Positions 1 through 14,039 of a stretch of 64,000 nt of DNA are shown piece after piece. The notes beneath the pieces are model-generated. The model was not told where the DNA came from. It made no database searches and was given only the letters and a program-made list of their open reading frames with translations. The position numbers and the translations under genes are program-made. Every line of letters starts with the position of its first letter. Position 1 is the stretch's first letter. The stretch is from assembly GCF_000027125.1 (NCBI RefSeq), contig NC_017626.1; one strand, 5' to 3'. This DNA comes from Escherichia coli 042. Lineage in GTDB: Bacteria > Pseudomonadota > Gammaproteobacteria > Enterobacterales > Enterobacteriaceae.

Positions 1-118
1 AAATAAGGGTTGTAATTGTGATCACGCCCGCACATAACCCACAGGGTGTTGTCTATACTTTACACATAAGGAAGAGGGGTATTCCCTGTTACAACCCAGA
101 AAGTTCCGGAGGTGACAT

Positions 119-397
119 ATGAAACGCAAAAACGCTTCGTTACTCGGTAACGTGCTCATGGGGTTGGGTCTGGTGGTAATGGTGGTCGGCGTGGGGTATT
201 CAATCCTCAACCAGTTACCACAGTTTAATATGCCCCAGTATTTCGCACATGGTGCAGTGCTAAGTATTTTCGTCGGTGCCATTCTCTGGCTGGCGGGTGC
301 CCGTGTTGGCGGGCATGAACAGGTGTGCGACCGTTACTGGTGGGTTCGCCACTATGACAAACGTTGCCGCCGTAGCGATAATCGCCGTCATAGCTAA
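119..397 (+). CDS. ychH: YchH stress-induced small membrane protein
   Basis: 92-aa ORF with hydrophobic segments, positioned upstream of dauA/prs as in E. coli K-12. Confidence 0.75.
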   Translation: MKRKNASLLGNVLMGLGLVVMVVGVGYSILNQLPQFNMPQYFAHGAVLSIFVGAILWLAGARVGGHEQVCDRYWWVRHYDKRCRRSDNRRHS

Positions 398-451
398 CAA
401 ATAATGCAGTTTGCTGACCAGTCAGTTTGCGCTGACTGGTCAATCTCGTAC

Positions 452-2131
452 TTATAAATCCGCCATCGCCGCGCGACGATTCGGGAAGAAAGCAAGGCGG
501 CCCGGGATCGGTTGAATGCCTGCGCGAGCCATAGTGCGCAGTGGCTGGAATTCCAGGTTGCACACGCGCAGTTCACATCCTTCGGGCAGACGCTTCACAA
601 AACGCTGGAACGCATCAAGACCACCAGCATCAAGTACCGGAACGGCATCCCACTTCAGAATCACAATCCGTTTGCCTTCAAGACGTGACTCCAGGTCCGT
701 GAACAAGCCTTCAGCGGCAGCAAAAAACAGCGGACCAATAACGCGCAGAACCAGAACATCGTCTGGAACGTCTACGACTACCGGTGCCAGGCGAGTCATA
801 CGTGCGATACGACGCATAAACAGTAGCGATGCCAGCACGATCCCCACGCTGATGGCAATAACCATATCAAACAGCACAGTCAGCGACATGCACAGCAGCA
901 TGACGATGATGTCATCTTTCGGCGCATGACGCAGCAAGTCGACCACTTTGTGCGCTTCACTCATGTTCCACGCCACCATCAACAGCAGGGCAGCCATGGC
1001 GGAAAGCGGCAGCCAGGAGAGCAGCGGTGCCAGTACCAGCAGGGCAAGAATAACCAGAATAGAGTGGATCACCGCCGAGATAGGGGAAGTTGCCCCGGCA
1101 CGGACGTTAGCGGCAGAACGCGCGATGGCAGCTGTAGCGGTAATACCACCAAAGAACGGGGCGATGATATTCCCCAGTCCCTGTCCAACCAGTTCGCTGT
1201 TCGCTTTGTGTTTCGTTCCGGTCATACCATCCAGTACCACGGCGCAGAGCAGAGATTCGATTGCGCCGAGCATTGCCATTGAGAATGCCGCAGGCAGCAG
1301 TGTGCGAATAGAATCCCAGGTGAGGGTAAATTCTGAATTGGGCAGGTCCCACGGTAGTACCAGTTGCGGCAGCAGTTGCGGAATACCGTTACCCTGAGAA
1401 CCATCTGCCAGAACGTAGTGGAATTGCGATCCGATGGTAGCAACATGCCCGCCGAGCAGGTTAACAATCCCCATCACCGCGCAACCAGCCAGCAAGGCCG
1501 GAAGGTGACCAGGCAAACGAATGCCCAGACGCGGCCAGAAAACCAGAATGCCAAGCGTCACAATGCCAATGGCAGCATCACCCACATTAATGGTCGGCAA
1601 CGCCATAAATAATGCGCCGACTTTTTGTAGATAATGCTCCGGGACATGGGCCATTTGCAGACCGAGAAAATCTTTAATCTGCATGGTACCGATGGTGATC
1701 CCGATACCCGAGGTGAAACCTAAGGTCACGGAAACCGGAATATATTCAATCAAGCGTCCAAAACGTGCCAGCCCCATCAGGATCAAAAAGACACCTGACA
1801 TGAGTGTCGCGACCAGCAGTCCTGCCAGTCCAAACTGTTGCGAAACGGGATAGAGAATTACCACAAATGCCGCAGTCGGACCGGAAACGCTAAAGCGTGA
1901 CCCACCCGTCAGAGCAATGACAATCCCCGCAACAGCTGCGGTATATAAACCGTACTGGGGTGCCACACCACTACCAATAGCCAACGCCATTGCCAGCGGG
2001 ATAGCAATAATCCCGACGGTTATCCCGGCAATCAGGTCACGGGTAAACCGTGCGGCAGTATATTTTTCTTTCCAGCAAGCGTCGATCAGAGCGCGGAAAG
2101 GCATCACATGTGAGGAAAATATTTTGTTCAC
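452..2131 (-). CDS. dauA: SulP-family C4-dicarboxylate/sulfate transporter DauA (YchM)
   Basis: 559-aa polytopic membrane ORF with C-terminal STAS-like region; conserved position next to prs. Confidence 0.9.
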   Translation of the reverse strand: MNKIFSSHVMPFRALIDACWKEKYTAARFTRDLIAGITVGIIAIPLAMALAIGSGVAPQYGLYTAAVAGIVIALTGGSRFSVSGPTAAFVVILYPVSQQFGLAGLLVATLMSGVFLILMGLARFGRLIEYIPVSVTLGFTSGIGITIGTMQIKDFLGLQMAHVPEHYLQKVGALFMALPTINVGDAAIGIVTLGILVFWPRLGIRLPGHLPALLAGCAVMGIVNLLGGHVATIGSQFHYVLADGSQGNGIPQLLPQLVLPWDLPNSEFTLTWDSIRTLLPAAFSMAMLGAIESLLCAVVLDGMTGTKHKANSELVGQGLGNIIAPFFGGITATAAIARSAANVRAGATSPISAVIHSILVILALLVLAPLLSWLPLSAMAALLLMVAWNMSEAHKVVDLLRHAPKDDIIVMLLCMSLTVLFDMVIAISVGIVLASLLFMRRIARMTRLAPVVVDVPDDVLVLRVIGPLFFAAAEGLFTDLESRLEGKRIVILKWDAVPVLDAGGLDAFQRFVKRLPEGCELRVCNLEFQPLRTMARAGIQPIPGRLAFFPNRRAAMADL

Positions 2132-2255
2132 AATAATGTTTCATCCGTGAGCGCATCATCTGTCAACTAAATGGCAGGTGAAGGAGGCATAGGTCATACA
2201 AATGGATATTACAGACAAAAAAACCCGCCGCAGCGGGTCTTTGAGCCGGGTTCGA

Positions 2256-3329
<1,074 letters not shown>

Positions 3330-3353
3330 TCACCGAAACTCAGCTTGCCCGGC

Positions 3354-4204
3354 TTAAAGCATGGCTCTGTGCAATGGGGAAAGATTAACGCCTTTCGCCA
3401 CAAAGCCATTGAGCCATTCCGGGGCTTGCTCTAGCACCTGGCGGGCTTCAGACTCTGTATCAAATTCAGCAAAGACACAGGCCCCTGTCCCAGTCAGGCG
3501 CGACGGGGCGTATTCTAACAGCCAGGAAAGCACCGCATCAACCTCGCGAAAACGTTTTCTTGCGATAACCTCGCAATCATTGCTGAATTCACATTTTAGC
3601 AACGTTTCTATTGACCTTTTTGGCGTATTGCGCGGGAGTTCAGGATCTTTAAAAATCACCGGTGTCGGAATACTTACACCAGGGTGCGCCACCAGATACC
3701 ACTTCTCTGGCGGATCCACCGGCGTTAGTATTTCACCAACGCCTTCGGCAAACGCGGCATGCCCCCGAACAAAGACAGGAACATCTGCGCCCAGCGTCAG
3801 CCCCATTTCCGCCAGCTCATCCATGCTTAGTCCGCATTGCCAGAGATAATTTAACGCCACCAGAACCGTCGCGGCATTGGAAGAACCACCGCCGAGACCG
3901 CCGCCCATCGGCAAACGCTTATCAATGCTGATATTCGCACCGCTTCCCGTCGGAAGACGCCCGCTGTCTGCCGCAGTTTTCATCAACAACCGTGCTGCGC
4001 GAACGATCAGGTTATCTTCATGTTCCACGCCTTCAACGGGCGTTAACAGACGAATATCCCCATCGTCACGAAGCTCAATGCTGATGGTGTCGCCGTAATC
4101 AAGAAACTGAAACAGCGTTTGCAGCGTGTGGTAACCATCCGCACGCTGACCGGTAATGTATAAAAACAGATTAAGTTTTGCCGGAGAGGGCCACTGTGTC
4201 CGCA

Positions 4205-4205
<1 letters not shown>
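3354..4205 (-). CDS. ispE: 4-diphosphocytidyl-2-C-methyl-D-erythritol kinase
   Basis: 283-aa GHMP-kinase-like ORF (glycine-rich [14 protein letters not shown] motif); synteny prs-ispE-lolB. Confidence 0.9.
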
Positions 4206-4897
<692 letters not shown>

Positions 4898-5041
4898 CTA
4901 TGTTCAAGTTGTCTTAATTGCCAGAATCTAACGGCTTTCGGCAATTACTCCAAAAGGGGGCGCTCTCTTTTATTGATCTTACGCATCCTGTATGATGCAA
5001 GCAGACTAACCCTATCAACGTTGGTATTATTTCCCGCAGAC

Positions 5042-6298
5042 ATGACCCTTTTAGCACTCGGTATCAACCATAAAACGGCACCTGTATCGCTGCGAGAACG
5101 TGTATCGTTTTCGCCGGATAAGCTCGATCAGGCGCTTGACAGCCTGCTTGCGCAGCCGATGGTGCAGGGCGGCGTGGTGCTGTCGACGTGCAATCGCACG
5201 GAACTTTACCTTAGCGTTGAAGAGCAGGATAACCTGCAAGAGGCGTTAATCCGCTGGCTTTGCGATTATCACAATCTTAATGAAGAAGATCTGCGTAAAA
5301 GCCTCTACTGGCATCAGGATAACGACGCGGTTAGCCATTTAATGCGTGTTGCCAGCGGCCTGGATTCACTGGTTTTGGGGGAGCCGCAGATCCTCGGTCA
5401 GGTTAAAAAAGCGTTTGCCGATTCGCAAAAAGGCCATATGAAGGCCAGCGAACTGGAACGCATGTTCCAAAAATCTTTCTCTGTAGCGAAACGCGTTCGC
5501 ACTGAAACAGATATCGGTGCCAGCGCTGTGTCTGTCGCTTTTGCGGCTTGTACGCTGGCGCGGCAGATCTTTGAATCGCTCTCTACGGTCACAGTGTTGC
5601 TGGTAGGCGCGGGCGAAACCATCGAGCTGGTAGCGCGTCATCTGCGCGAACATAAAGTACAGAAGATGATTATCGCCAACCGCACTCGCGAACGTGCCCA
5701 AATTCTGGCAGATGAAGTCGGCGCGGAAGTTATTGCCCTGAGTGATATCGACGAGCGTCTGCGCGAAGCCGATATCATCATTAGTTCAACTGCAAGCCCG
5801 TTACCGATTATCGGTAAAGGCATGGTGGAGCGGGCATTAAAAAGCCGTCGCAACCAACCAATGCTGTTGGTGGATATTGCCGTTCCGCGCGATGTTGAGC
5901 CGGAAGTTGGCAAACTGGCGAATGCTTATCTTTATAGCGTTGATGATCTGCAAAGCATCATTTCGCACAACCTGGCGCAGCGTAAAGCCGCAGCGGTTGA
6001 GGCGGAAACTATTGTCGCTCAGGAAACCAGCGAATTTATGGCGTGGCTGCGTGCACAAAGCGCCAGCGAAACTATTCGCGAGTATCGCAGCCAGGCAGAG
6101 CAAGTTCGCGATGAGTTAACCACTAAAGCGTTAGCGGCCCTTGAACAGGGCGGCGACGCACAAGCCATTATGCAGGATCTGGCATGGAAACTGACTAACC
6201 GCTTGATCCATGCGCCAACGAAATCACTTCAACAGGCCGCCCGTGACGGGGATAACGAACGCCTGAATATTCTGCGCGACAGCCTCGGGCTGGAGTAG
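5042..6298 (+). CDS. hemA: glutamyl-tRNA reductase
   Basis: ORF matches HemA; start placed at the internal ATG ([15 protein letters not shown]...) giving 418 aa. Confidence 0.9.
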
Positions 6299-6338
6299 CA
6301 GTACATCATTTTCTTTTTTACAGGGTGCATTTACGCCT

Positions 6339-7421
6339 ATGAAGCCTTCTATCGTTGCCAAACTGGAAGCCCTGCATGAACGCCATGAAGAAGTTCAGGC
6401 GTTGCTGGGTGACGCGCAAACTATCGCCGACCAGGAACGTTTTCGCGCATTATCACGCGAATATGCGCAGTTAAGTGATGTTTCGCGCTGTTTTACCGAC
6501 TGGCAACAGGTTCAGGAAGATATCGAAACCGCACAGATGATGCTCGACGATCCTGAAATGCGTGAGATGGCGCAGGATGAACTGCGTGAAGCTAAAGAAA
6601 AAAGCGAGCAACTGGAACAGCAATTACAGGTTCTGTTACTACCAAAAGATCCTGATGACGAACGTAACGCCTTCCTCGAAGTCCGTGCCGGAACCGGCGG
6701 CGACGAAGCGGCGCTGTTCGCAGGCGATCTGTTCCGTATGTACAGCCGTTATGCCGAAGCCCGCCGCTGGCGGGTAGAAATCATGAGCGCCAGCGAGGGT
6801 GAACATGGTGGTTATAAAGAGATCATCGCCAAAATTAGCGGTGATGGTGTATATGGTCGTTTGAAATTCGAATCTGGCGGTCATCGCGTGCAACGTGTTC
6901 CTGCTACGGAATCGCAGGGGCGTATTCATACTTCTGCTTGTACCGTTGCGGTAATGCCAGAACTGCCTGACGCAGAACTGCCGGACATCAACCCGGCAGA
7001 TTTGCGCATTGATACTTTCCGCTCGTCAGGGGCGGGTGGTCAGCACGTTAACACCACCGATTCGGCAATTCGTATTACTCACTTGCCGACCGGGATTGTT
7101 GTTGAATGTCAGGACGAACGTTCACAACATAAAAACAAAGCTAAAGCACTTTCTGTACTCGGTGCTCGCATCCACGCTGCAGAAATGGCAAAACGGCAAC
7201 AGGCCGAAGCGTCTACCCGTCGTAACCTGCTGGGGAGTGGCGATCGCAGCGACCGTAACCGTACTTACAACTTCCCGCAGGGGCGCGTTACCGATCACCG
7301 CATCAACCTGACGCTCTACCGCCTGGATGAAGTGATGGAAGGTAAGCTGGATATGCTGATTGAACCGATTATCCAGGAACATCAGGCCGACCAACTGGCG
7401 GCGTTGTCCGAGCAGGAATAA
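6339..7421 (+). CDS. prfA: peptide chain release factor 1
   Basis: 360-aa ORF containing the GGQ motif ([14 protein letters not shown]). Confidence 0.95.
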
Positions 7422-8254
7422 TGGAATATCAACACTGGTTACGTGAAGCAATAAGCCAACTTCAGGCGAGCGAAAGCCCGCGGCGTGATGCTGAAATCCT
7501 GCTGGAGCATGTTACCGGCAAAGGGCGTACTTTTATTCTCGCCTTTGGTGAAACGCAGCTGACTGACGAACAATGTCAGCAACTTGATGCGCTACTGACA
7601 CGTCGTCGCGATGGTGAACCCATTGCTCATTTAACCGGGGGGCGAGAATTCTGGTCGTTGCCGTTATTTGTTTCGCCAGCGACCTTAATTCCGCGCCCGG
7701 ATACGGAGTGTCTGGTGGAGCAGGCACTGGCGCGGTTGCCTGAACAACCTTGCCGTATTCTCGATCTCGGGACGGGTACCGGGGCGATTGCGCTGGCGCT
7801 GGCTAGCGAGCGCCCGGACTGCGAAATTACCGCTGTAGATCGTATGCCAGATGCTGTCTCTCTGGCGCAACGTAATGCCCAGAATCTGGCGATCAAAAAC
7901 ATCCATATTCTGCAAAGCGACTGGTTTAGCGCGCTAGCCGGGCAGCAGTTTGCGATGATTGTCAGTAATCCGCCGTATATTGACGAGCAGGACCCACATC
8001 TTCAACAAGGCGATGTCCGCTTTGAGCCGCTCACTGCGCTGGTTGCGGCAGACAGTGGAATGGCAGACATCGTGCATATCATCGAACAGTCGCGTAACGC
8101 GCTGGTATCCGGCGGCTTTCTGCTTCTGGAACATGGCTGGCAGCAGGGCGAAGCGGTGCGACAGGCATTTATCCACGCGGGATATCATGACGTCGAAACC
8201 TGTCGGGACTATGGTGATAACGAGCGCGTAACGCTCGGCCGCTATTATCAATGA
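7421..8254 (+). CDS. prmC: release factor glutamine methyltransferase PrmC (HemK)
   Basis: 277-aa ORF with NPPY methyltransferase motif (SNPPYI); start overlaps prfA stop. Confidence 0.9.
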   Translation: MEYQHWLREAISQLQASESPRRDAEILLEHVTGKGRTFILAFGETQLTDEQCQQLDALLTRRRDGEPIAHLTGGREFWSLPLFVSPATLIPRPDTECLVEQALARLPEQPCRILDLGTGTGAIALALASERPDCEITAVDRMPDAVSLAQRNAQNLAIKNIHILQSDWFSALAGQQFAMIVSNPPYIDEQDPHLQQGDVRFEPLTALVAADSGMADIVHIIEQSRNALVSGGFLLLEHGWQQGEAVRQAFIHAGYHDVETCRDYGDNERVTLGRYYQ

Positions 8255-8643
8255 CAAGTTTTTCTACACTGCTTAGCGTTCATCTCATTAGCATTGCGCT
8301 TTCTGTAGGGCTATTAACCTTACGTTTCTGGCTACGTTATCAGAAGCATCCTCAGGCATTTTCGCGCTGGACGCGCATTGTGCCGCCGATTGTCGATACG
8401 GTGTTATTGTTAAGTGGCATTGCGTTGATGGCTAAAGCGCACATCCTGCTATTTTCCGGGCAGGCACAGTGGCTGACTGAAAAGCTGTTTGGAGTTATCA
8501 TTTATATCGTTTTGGGTTTTATTGCACTCGATTATCGTCGTATGCACAGTCAGCAGGCGCGCATTATTGCCTTCCCGCTGGCGTTGGTGGTGCTGTACAT
8601 CATCATTAAACTCGCCACCACAAAAGTACCGTTACTGGGGTAA
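8251..8643 (+). CDS. sirB2: SirB2 (YchQ) inner membrane protein
   Basis: 130-aa hydrophobic ORF, overlapping prmC stop; conserved order. Confidence 0.8.
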   Translation: MTSFSTLLSVHLISIALSVGLLTLRFWLRYQKHPQAFSRWTRIVPPIVDTVLLLSGIALMAKAHILLFSGQAQWLTEKLFGVIIYIVLGFIALDYRRMHSQQARIIAFPLALVVLYIIIKLATTKVPLLG

Positions 8644-8646
8644 GTC

Positions 8647-9456
8647 ATGAGATCGTTAGCTGATTTCGAATTTAATAAAGCGCCATTGTGCGAAGGCATG
8701 ATCCTGGCTTGCGAAGCAATCCGCCGCGATTTTCCCTCGCAAGATGTTTACGACGAACTGGAGCGTCTCGTTAGTCTGGCGAAGGAAGAAATCAGCCAGC
8801 TTCTGCCTTTAGAAGAGCAGCTGGAAAAACTGATCGCGCTGTTTTACGGCGACTGGGGATTTAAAGCCTCACGCGGCGTTTATCGTCTTTCCGATGCATT
8901 ATGGCTGGACCAGGTGTTAAAGAATCGACAGGGCAGTGCGGTATCATTAGGTGCCGTTTTATTATGGGTCGCGAATCGTCTCGATTTGCCGCTGCTGCCG
9001 GTGATTTTCCCTACGCAGCTGATATTGCGCATTGAATGTCCGGATGGCGAAATTTGGTTGATTAATCCTTTTAACGGTGAATCGTTAAGCGAACATATGC
9101 TGGACGTATGGTTAAAGGGAAATATCAGCCCGTCGGCGGAACTGTTTTATGAAGACCTTGATGAAGCTGATAACATTGAGGTAATCCGCAAATTGCTGGA
9201 TACACTCAAAGCTTCGTTGATGGAAGAAAATCAGATGGAGCTGGCGTTACGTACCAGCGAAGCTTTATTACAATTCAACCCGGAAGATCCCTATGAAATT
9301 CGCGATCGCGGGTTGATTTATGCGCAACTGGATTGCGAACACGTTGCGTTGAACGATTTAAGTTATTTCGTTGAACAGTGTCCGGAAGACCCGATCAGCG
9401 AAATGATCCGTGCGCAAATAAATAACATCGCGCATAAACATATTGTGCTGCATTAA
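8647..9456 (+). CDS. sirB1: SirB1 (YchA) protein
   Basis: 269-aa ORF in conserved position between sirB2 and kdsA. Confidence 0.8.
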   Translation: MRSLADFEFNKAPLCEGMILACEAIRRDFPSQDVYDELERLVSLAKEEISQLLPLEEQLEKLIALFYGDWGFKASRGVYRLSDALWLDQVLKNRQGSAVSLGAVLLWVANRLDLPLLPVIFPTQLILRIECPDGEIWLINPFNGESLSEHMLDVWLKGNISPSAELFYEDLDEADNIEVIRKLLDTLKASLMEENQMELALRTSEALLQFNPEDPYEIRDRGLIYAQLDCEHVALNDLSYFVEQCPEDPISEMIRAQINNIAHKHIVLH

Positions 9457-9482
9457 TTAATCGACATTTTACTCAAGATTAA

Positions 9483-10346
<864 letters not shown>

Positions 10347-10365
10347 TCTTTTTTGCTTGAAAACT

Positions 10366-10398
10366 AAAGCCTTAGCGTTCTGCGTTAAGGCTTTTTTC
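10366..10398 (+). terminator. intrinsic terminator downstream of kdsA
   Basis: GC hairpin aaagccttagcg...cgttaaggc followed by a T-run. Confidence 0.6.
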
Positions 10399-10494
10399 AT
10401 GGGTGCCGGATACAAAAAAGGCCGCAGGCTGTTACCCCTGCGGCCGTTTTCGGGCGCATATTGCCATCACGGCAGCCTGACGCCCGTTTTCACC

Positions 10495-10602
10495 TTACTT
10501 CCGGTTACGCCACCAGCTGACAATCACTGCGGTAATAATTCCCGTCAGGATCGGTGCCGCCAGGTCGTGCCAGAAAATCATGGCAAACTGCGCGAGCGTC
10601 AT
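10495..10602 (-). CDS. ldr: Ldr-family type I toxin peptide (35 aa)
   Basis: hand translation of minus strand gives MTLAQFAMIFWHDLAAPILTGIITAVIVSWWRNRK, matching the Ldr toxin family; below the ORF-track size cutoff. Confidence 0.85.
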   Translation of the reverse strand: MTLAQFAMIFWHDLAAPILTGIITAVIVSWWRNRK

Positions 10603-10644
10603 ATAGCCGCCTTGTTGTAATGACAACATTTTGCGGCTATTCTT

Positions 10645-10715
10645 GAATTGTTCTGGTTCAAGATTAGCCCCCGTTCTGTTGTCAGGTTTTACCTCTCAAC
10701 GTGCGGGGGTTTTCT
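10645..10715 (+). ncRNA. rdl: putative Rdl antisense RNA (type I antitoxin), approximate bounds
   Basis: position antisense to the ldr 5' leader; plus-strand hairpin cccccg...cggggg followed by a T-run ending about 10714; exact ends not determinable. Confidence 0.3.
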
Positions 10716-11029
10716 CTTTCCAGCAACCAATGCCACCAGGGATAAAGCCCCCGCTACATTGCGCCTCACCGTATAATTCCGGCTTGGTGTGGATATTACG
10801 TCTCAATTCATCTTCACTTCATCCCTGAAATGTTTGCAATGAAGAGTGCATTCCGGTTTTTCAACAGCTGTTACAGTCGTTTCATGAGTGCTCTGGATGA
10901 TGCTTCCAGCTCGGGTTGCCAATATTTACTTGCAGAAGAGATAAAGACAAAAAGGGCCGCAGGCTGTTACCCCTGCGGCCGGTTTCGGGCGCATATTGCC
11001 ATCACGGCAGCCTGACGCCCGTTTTCACC

Positions 11030-11137
11030 TTACTTCCGGTTACGCCACCAGCTGACAATCGCTGCGGTAATAATTCCCGCCAGGATCGGTGCTGCCAGGT
11101 CGTGCCAGAAAATCATGGCAAACTGCGCGAGCGTCAT
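11030..11137 (-). CDS. ldr: Ldr-family type I toxin peptide (35 aa)
   Basis: hand translation gives MTLAQFAMIFWHDLAAPILAGIITAAIVSWWRNRK (two substitutions relative to copy 1). Confidence 0.85.
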   Translation of the reverse strand: MTLAQFAMIFWHDLAAPILAGIITAAIVSWWRNRK

Positions 11138-11179
11138 ATAGCCGCCTTGTTGTAATGACAACATTTTGCGGCTATTCTT

Positions 11180-11250
11180 GAATTGTTGATGGTTCAAGAT
11201 TAGCCCCCGTTCTGTTGTCAGGTTTTACCTCTCAACGTGCGGGGGTTTTC
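11180..11250 (+). ncRNA. rdl: putative Rdl antisense RNA, approximate bounds
   Basis: same hairpin/T-run arrangement as copy 1, offset by one repeat period. Confidence 0.3.
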
Positions 11251-11542
11251 TCTTTCCAGCAACCAATGCCACCAGGGATAAAGCCCCCGCAACATTGCGC
11301 CTCACCGGATAACGCCGGCTTGGTGTGGATACTACGTCTCAATTCATCTTCACTTCATCCCTGAAATGTTTGCAATAAAGAGTATATTCCGGCTTTTCAA
11401 CAGCTGTTGCAGTGGTTTCGTGCAGGTTCTGGTACAGGCTCGCAATTCTGATTAACAACCTGTTCAGGTAGTATGAAGAAATACAATAAGCAGAAATTTA
11501 TATTATCTCCCCCGATTTCAGTCATCGGAGGAGATATAACTG

Positions 11543-12643
11543 TCAGGCAAATATCGTCATCAAATAGGCGGCAAACAGTGCCAGATGCGCTGCGCCATTG
11601 AGCACGTTAGTACGTCCGGTGGAGAAGGAGATATGGCACAGCACTAAAGAGGCCACCATCACCACCATTTCTGGCGCACCAAGTGCAAACTGCAATTCGT
11701 TACCCGTCATAAAGGCAATTAGCGTGACGACAGGTACGGTAAGCGAAATGGTTGCTAACACTGAACCAAAGAACAGATTCATCGCGCGCTGGACCTGGTT
11801 GTTCAACACTGCTTTTAACGCACCTAAACCTTCCGGCGACAGAATCAACAGAGCCACCAGGAAGCCAGTAAAGGCGACAGGGGCATTCATGCTGTCGAGC
11901 AATGTCTCCAGCGGGCTGGCGTTCATTTTGGTGACTGCAATAACGGCAATCAGATGGACAATCAACCAGATAGCATGCCAAAGGCTGCTATGGGCAGACG
12001 GTTTACCGTGGTGCGGGTCGTCATCATCACTGTCATCTTCGTGCTCGTAGACAAATAAACTTTGATGCGTTTTGGTCTGGATCAGCAAAAATACGCCATA
12101 CATTGCCGCAGAAATTAATGCTACCAGTAACGCCTGACCGGTTGAAAAATTCGCCACAGGCAGAGCCATTGGAAATACCAGTACGATTATCGCCAGGGGG
12201 AACAGCGCAATTAAATACTGCTTGATACCAAACAGATTCATATATTGGGTGGCAAACTTGCGTCCGCCCAACAATAATGAAAAGCCAACCAGCCCACCGG
12301 TAACAATCATAATGATTGAATAGAGCGTATCACGCATTAGCGTTGGCGCGGCATCGCCGGTTGCCATTAAAGCTGAAATCAAACTGACTTCAAGAATAAC
12401 CACTGAAAGGCTAAGAATAAGCGAACCGTAAGGTTCTCCCAGGCGATGGGCTAATACGTCCGCATGACGGACAACACTAAAGGCGCTACTTAAAATACCA
12501 ATAAGAGCAAGAAGATTGATGCCAATGACCACTGGTAGTGTCTGGCTGCTTCCCCACAGGAACAGCACTACCAGCGCCAGAACCGGGAAAATAAGCGAAG
12601 TCTCCTTGTGGCGGGTTTTTACCGCCTCTTGAGCATTTGACAT
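11543..12643 (-). CDS. chaA: Na+(K+)/H+ and Ca2+/H+ antiporter ChaA
   Basis: polytopic membrane ORF; start placed at internal ATG (MSNAQEAVKTRHKE...) giving 366 aa. Confidence 0.9.
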   Translation of the reverse strand: MSNAQEAVKTRHKETSLIFPVLALVVLFLWGSSQTLPVVIGINLLALIGILSSAFSVVRHADVLAHRLGEPYGSLILSLSVVILEVSLISALMATGDAAPTLMRDTLYSIIMIVTGGLVGFSLLLGGRKFATQYMNLFGIKQYLIALFPLAIIVLVFPMALPVANFSTGQALLVALISAAMYGVFLLIQTKTHQSLFVYEHEDDSDDDDPHHGKPSAHSSLWHAIWLIVHLIAVIAVTKMNASPLETLLDSMNAPVAFTGFLVALLILSPEGLGALKAVLNNQVQRAMNLFFGSVLATISLTVPVVTLIAFMTGNELQFALGAPEMVVMVASLVLCHISFSTGRTNVLNGAAHLALFAAYLMTIFA

Positions 12644-12912
12644 TATGGTTATCCCTTTGCAGATGAATTTATCGAAAATGTAAAAAATAGGTAGGAAAAA
12701 TAACAGAAAGTGTCTGGATATCGGTAACATTTTACGAATTTTTACCCCGCTGTCGATTTTTTACTCATCGGGCCATAAAAATAAGCAATGCGTTTAGACA
12801 ATGTTTGTTTTAGCGTTTCTTAAGAAGAGTCTGACATGAAAATTCTTATGTTTTGGCAAGAGTGGATATTGTTGACCACACTTAATGTTCAACTTTGTAA
12901 AAGGAGTCAACG

Positions 12913-13143
12913 ATGCCGTATAAAACGAAAAGCGATCTGCCGGAAAGCGTAAAGCACGTGCTACCGTCTCATGCTCAGGATATCTATAAAGAAGCGTTTA
13001 ACAGCGCATGGGATCAATATAAAGATAAAGAAGATCGGCGTGATGACGCCAGTCGCGAAGAAACCGCGCATAAAGTGGCCTGGGCTGCTGTGAAGCATGA
13101 ATATGCCAAAGGGGATGATGATAAATGGCATAAAAAATCGTAA
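12913..13143 (+). CDS. chaB: cation transport regulator ChaB
   Basis: 76-aa ORF in conserved position next to chaA. Confidence 0.85.
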   Translation: MPYKTKSDLPESVKHVLPSHAQDIYKEAFNSAWDQYKDKEDRRDDASREETAHKVAWAAVKHEYAKGDDDKWHKKS

Positions 13144-13300
13144 AACCGGTAGCTTAGTTAAAGCTATTCGTGCGGTGTTGCCTTGCAAGTGGTCCGTGGA
13201 TTGCATATTGTCCCGTTAGTGGTTTCAAAATGAGCAGTAAAAATGTCCGGAAGACACCAAAAAGTTGTCGCAGGGAAGTATGCAGTGGCGGAGGTGTAAG

Positions 13301-13996
13301 GTGATAACGCGTGATTTCTTGATGAATGCCGATTGTAAAACGGCATTTGGTGCCATTGAAGAATCACTCTTATGGTCAGCAGAGCAACGGGCGGCTTCGC
13401 TGGCGGCGACGCTGGCTTGTCGACCTGATGAGGGACCGGTGTGGATCTTCGGTTATGGATCGTTGATGTGGAATCCGGCACTGGAGTTTACCGAGTCGTG
13501 CACCGGTACACTGGTTGGATGGCATCGCGCGTTTTGCCTGCGCCTGACCGCCGGGCGCGGGACTGCGCACCAGCCGGGACGGATGCTTGCACTGAAAGAG
13601 GGCGGACGCACCACAGGCGTCGCCTATCGACTGCCAGAAGAGACGCTGGAGCAGGAACTAACCCTGTTGTGGAAGCGCGAGATGATTACCGGCTGTTATC
13701 TGCCAACCTGGTGTCAGCTTGATCTTGATGATGGACGCACAGTAAACGCCATTGTGTTTATTATGGACCCGCGACATCCAGAATATGAATCTGACACTCG
13801 CGCTCAGGTCATCGCGCCGTTGATTGCGGCGGCGAGCGGTCCACTGGGAACCAACGCACAATACCTGTTTTCACTGGAACAGGAGCTTATCAAACTGGGA
13901 ATGCAGGACGATGGGCTGAATGATTTGCTGGTATCGGTAAAAAAACTGCTGGCGGAGAATTATCCGGATGGTGTGTTACGGCCGGGATTCGCCTGA
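13301..13996 (+). CDS. chaC: ChaC glutathione-specific gamma-glutamylcyclotransferase
   Basis: ORF with start placed at GTG after a GGAGG RBS (MITRDFLMNADCK...), 231 aa. Confidence 0.85.
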   Translation: MITRDFLMNADCKTAFGAIEESLLWSAEQRAASLAATLACRPDEGPVWIFGYGSLMWNPALEFTESCTGTLVGWHRAFCLRLTAGRGTAHQPGRMLALKEGGRTTGVAYRLPEETLEQELTLLWKREMITGCYLPTWCQLDLDDGRTVNAIVFIMDPRHPEYESDTRAQVIAPLIAAASGPLGTNAQYLFSLEQELIKLGMQDDGLNDLLVSVKKLLAENYPDGVLRPGFA

Positions 13997-14039
13997 GTAA
14001 ACTTCCCTCATAGTGGGGCGTCAGACGCCCCCTCAAACA

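Larger units (their letters stand above)
10414..10895. repeat. long direct repeat (LDR) unit, copy 1
   Basis: about 480 bp unit repeated nearly identically at 10949-11432 (period about 535 bp), each containing an ldr toxin ORF. Confidence 0.85.
10949..11432. repeat. long direct repeat (LDR) unit, copy 2
   Basis: near-identical copy of 10414-10895. Confidence 0.85.

Noticed and set aside
10357..11155. 87-aa and 79-aa plus-strand ORFs within the LDR repeats
   Set aside because: They overlap the ldr toxin genes in antisense and are repeat-derived; the functional elements here are the 35-aa Ldr peptides and antisense RNAs
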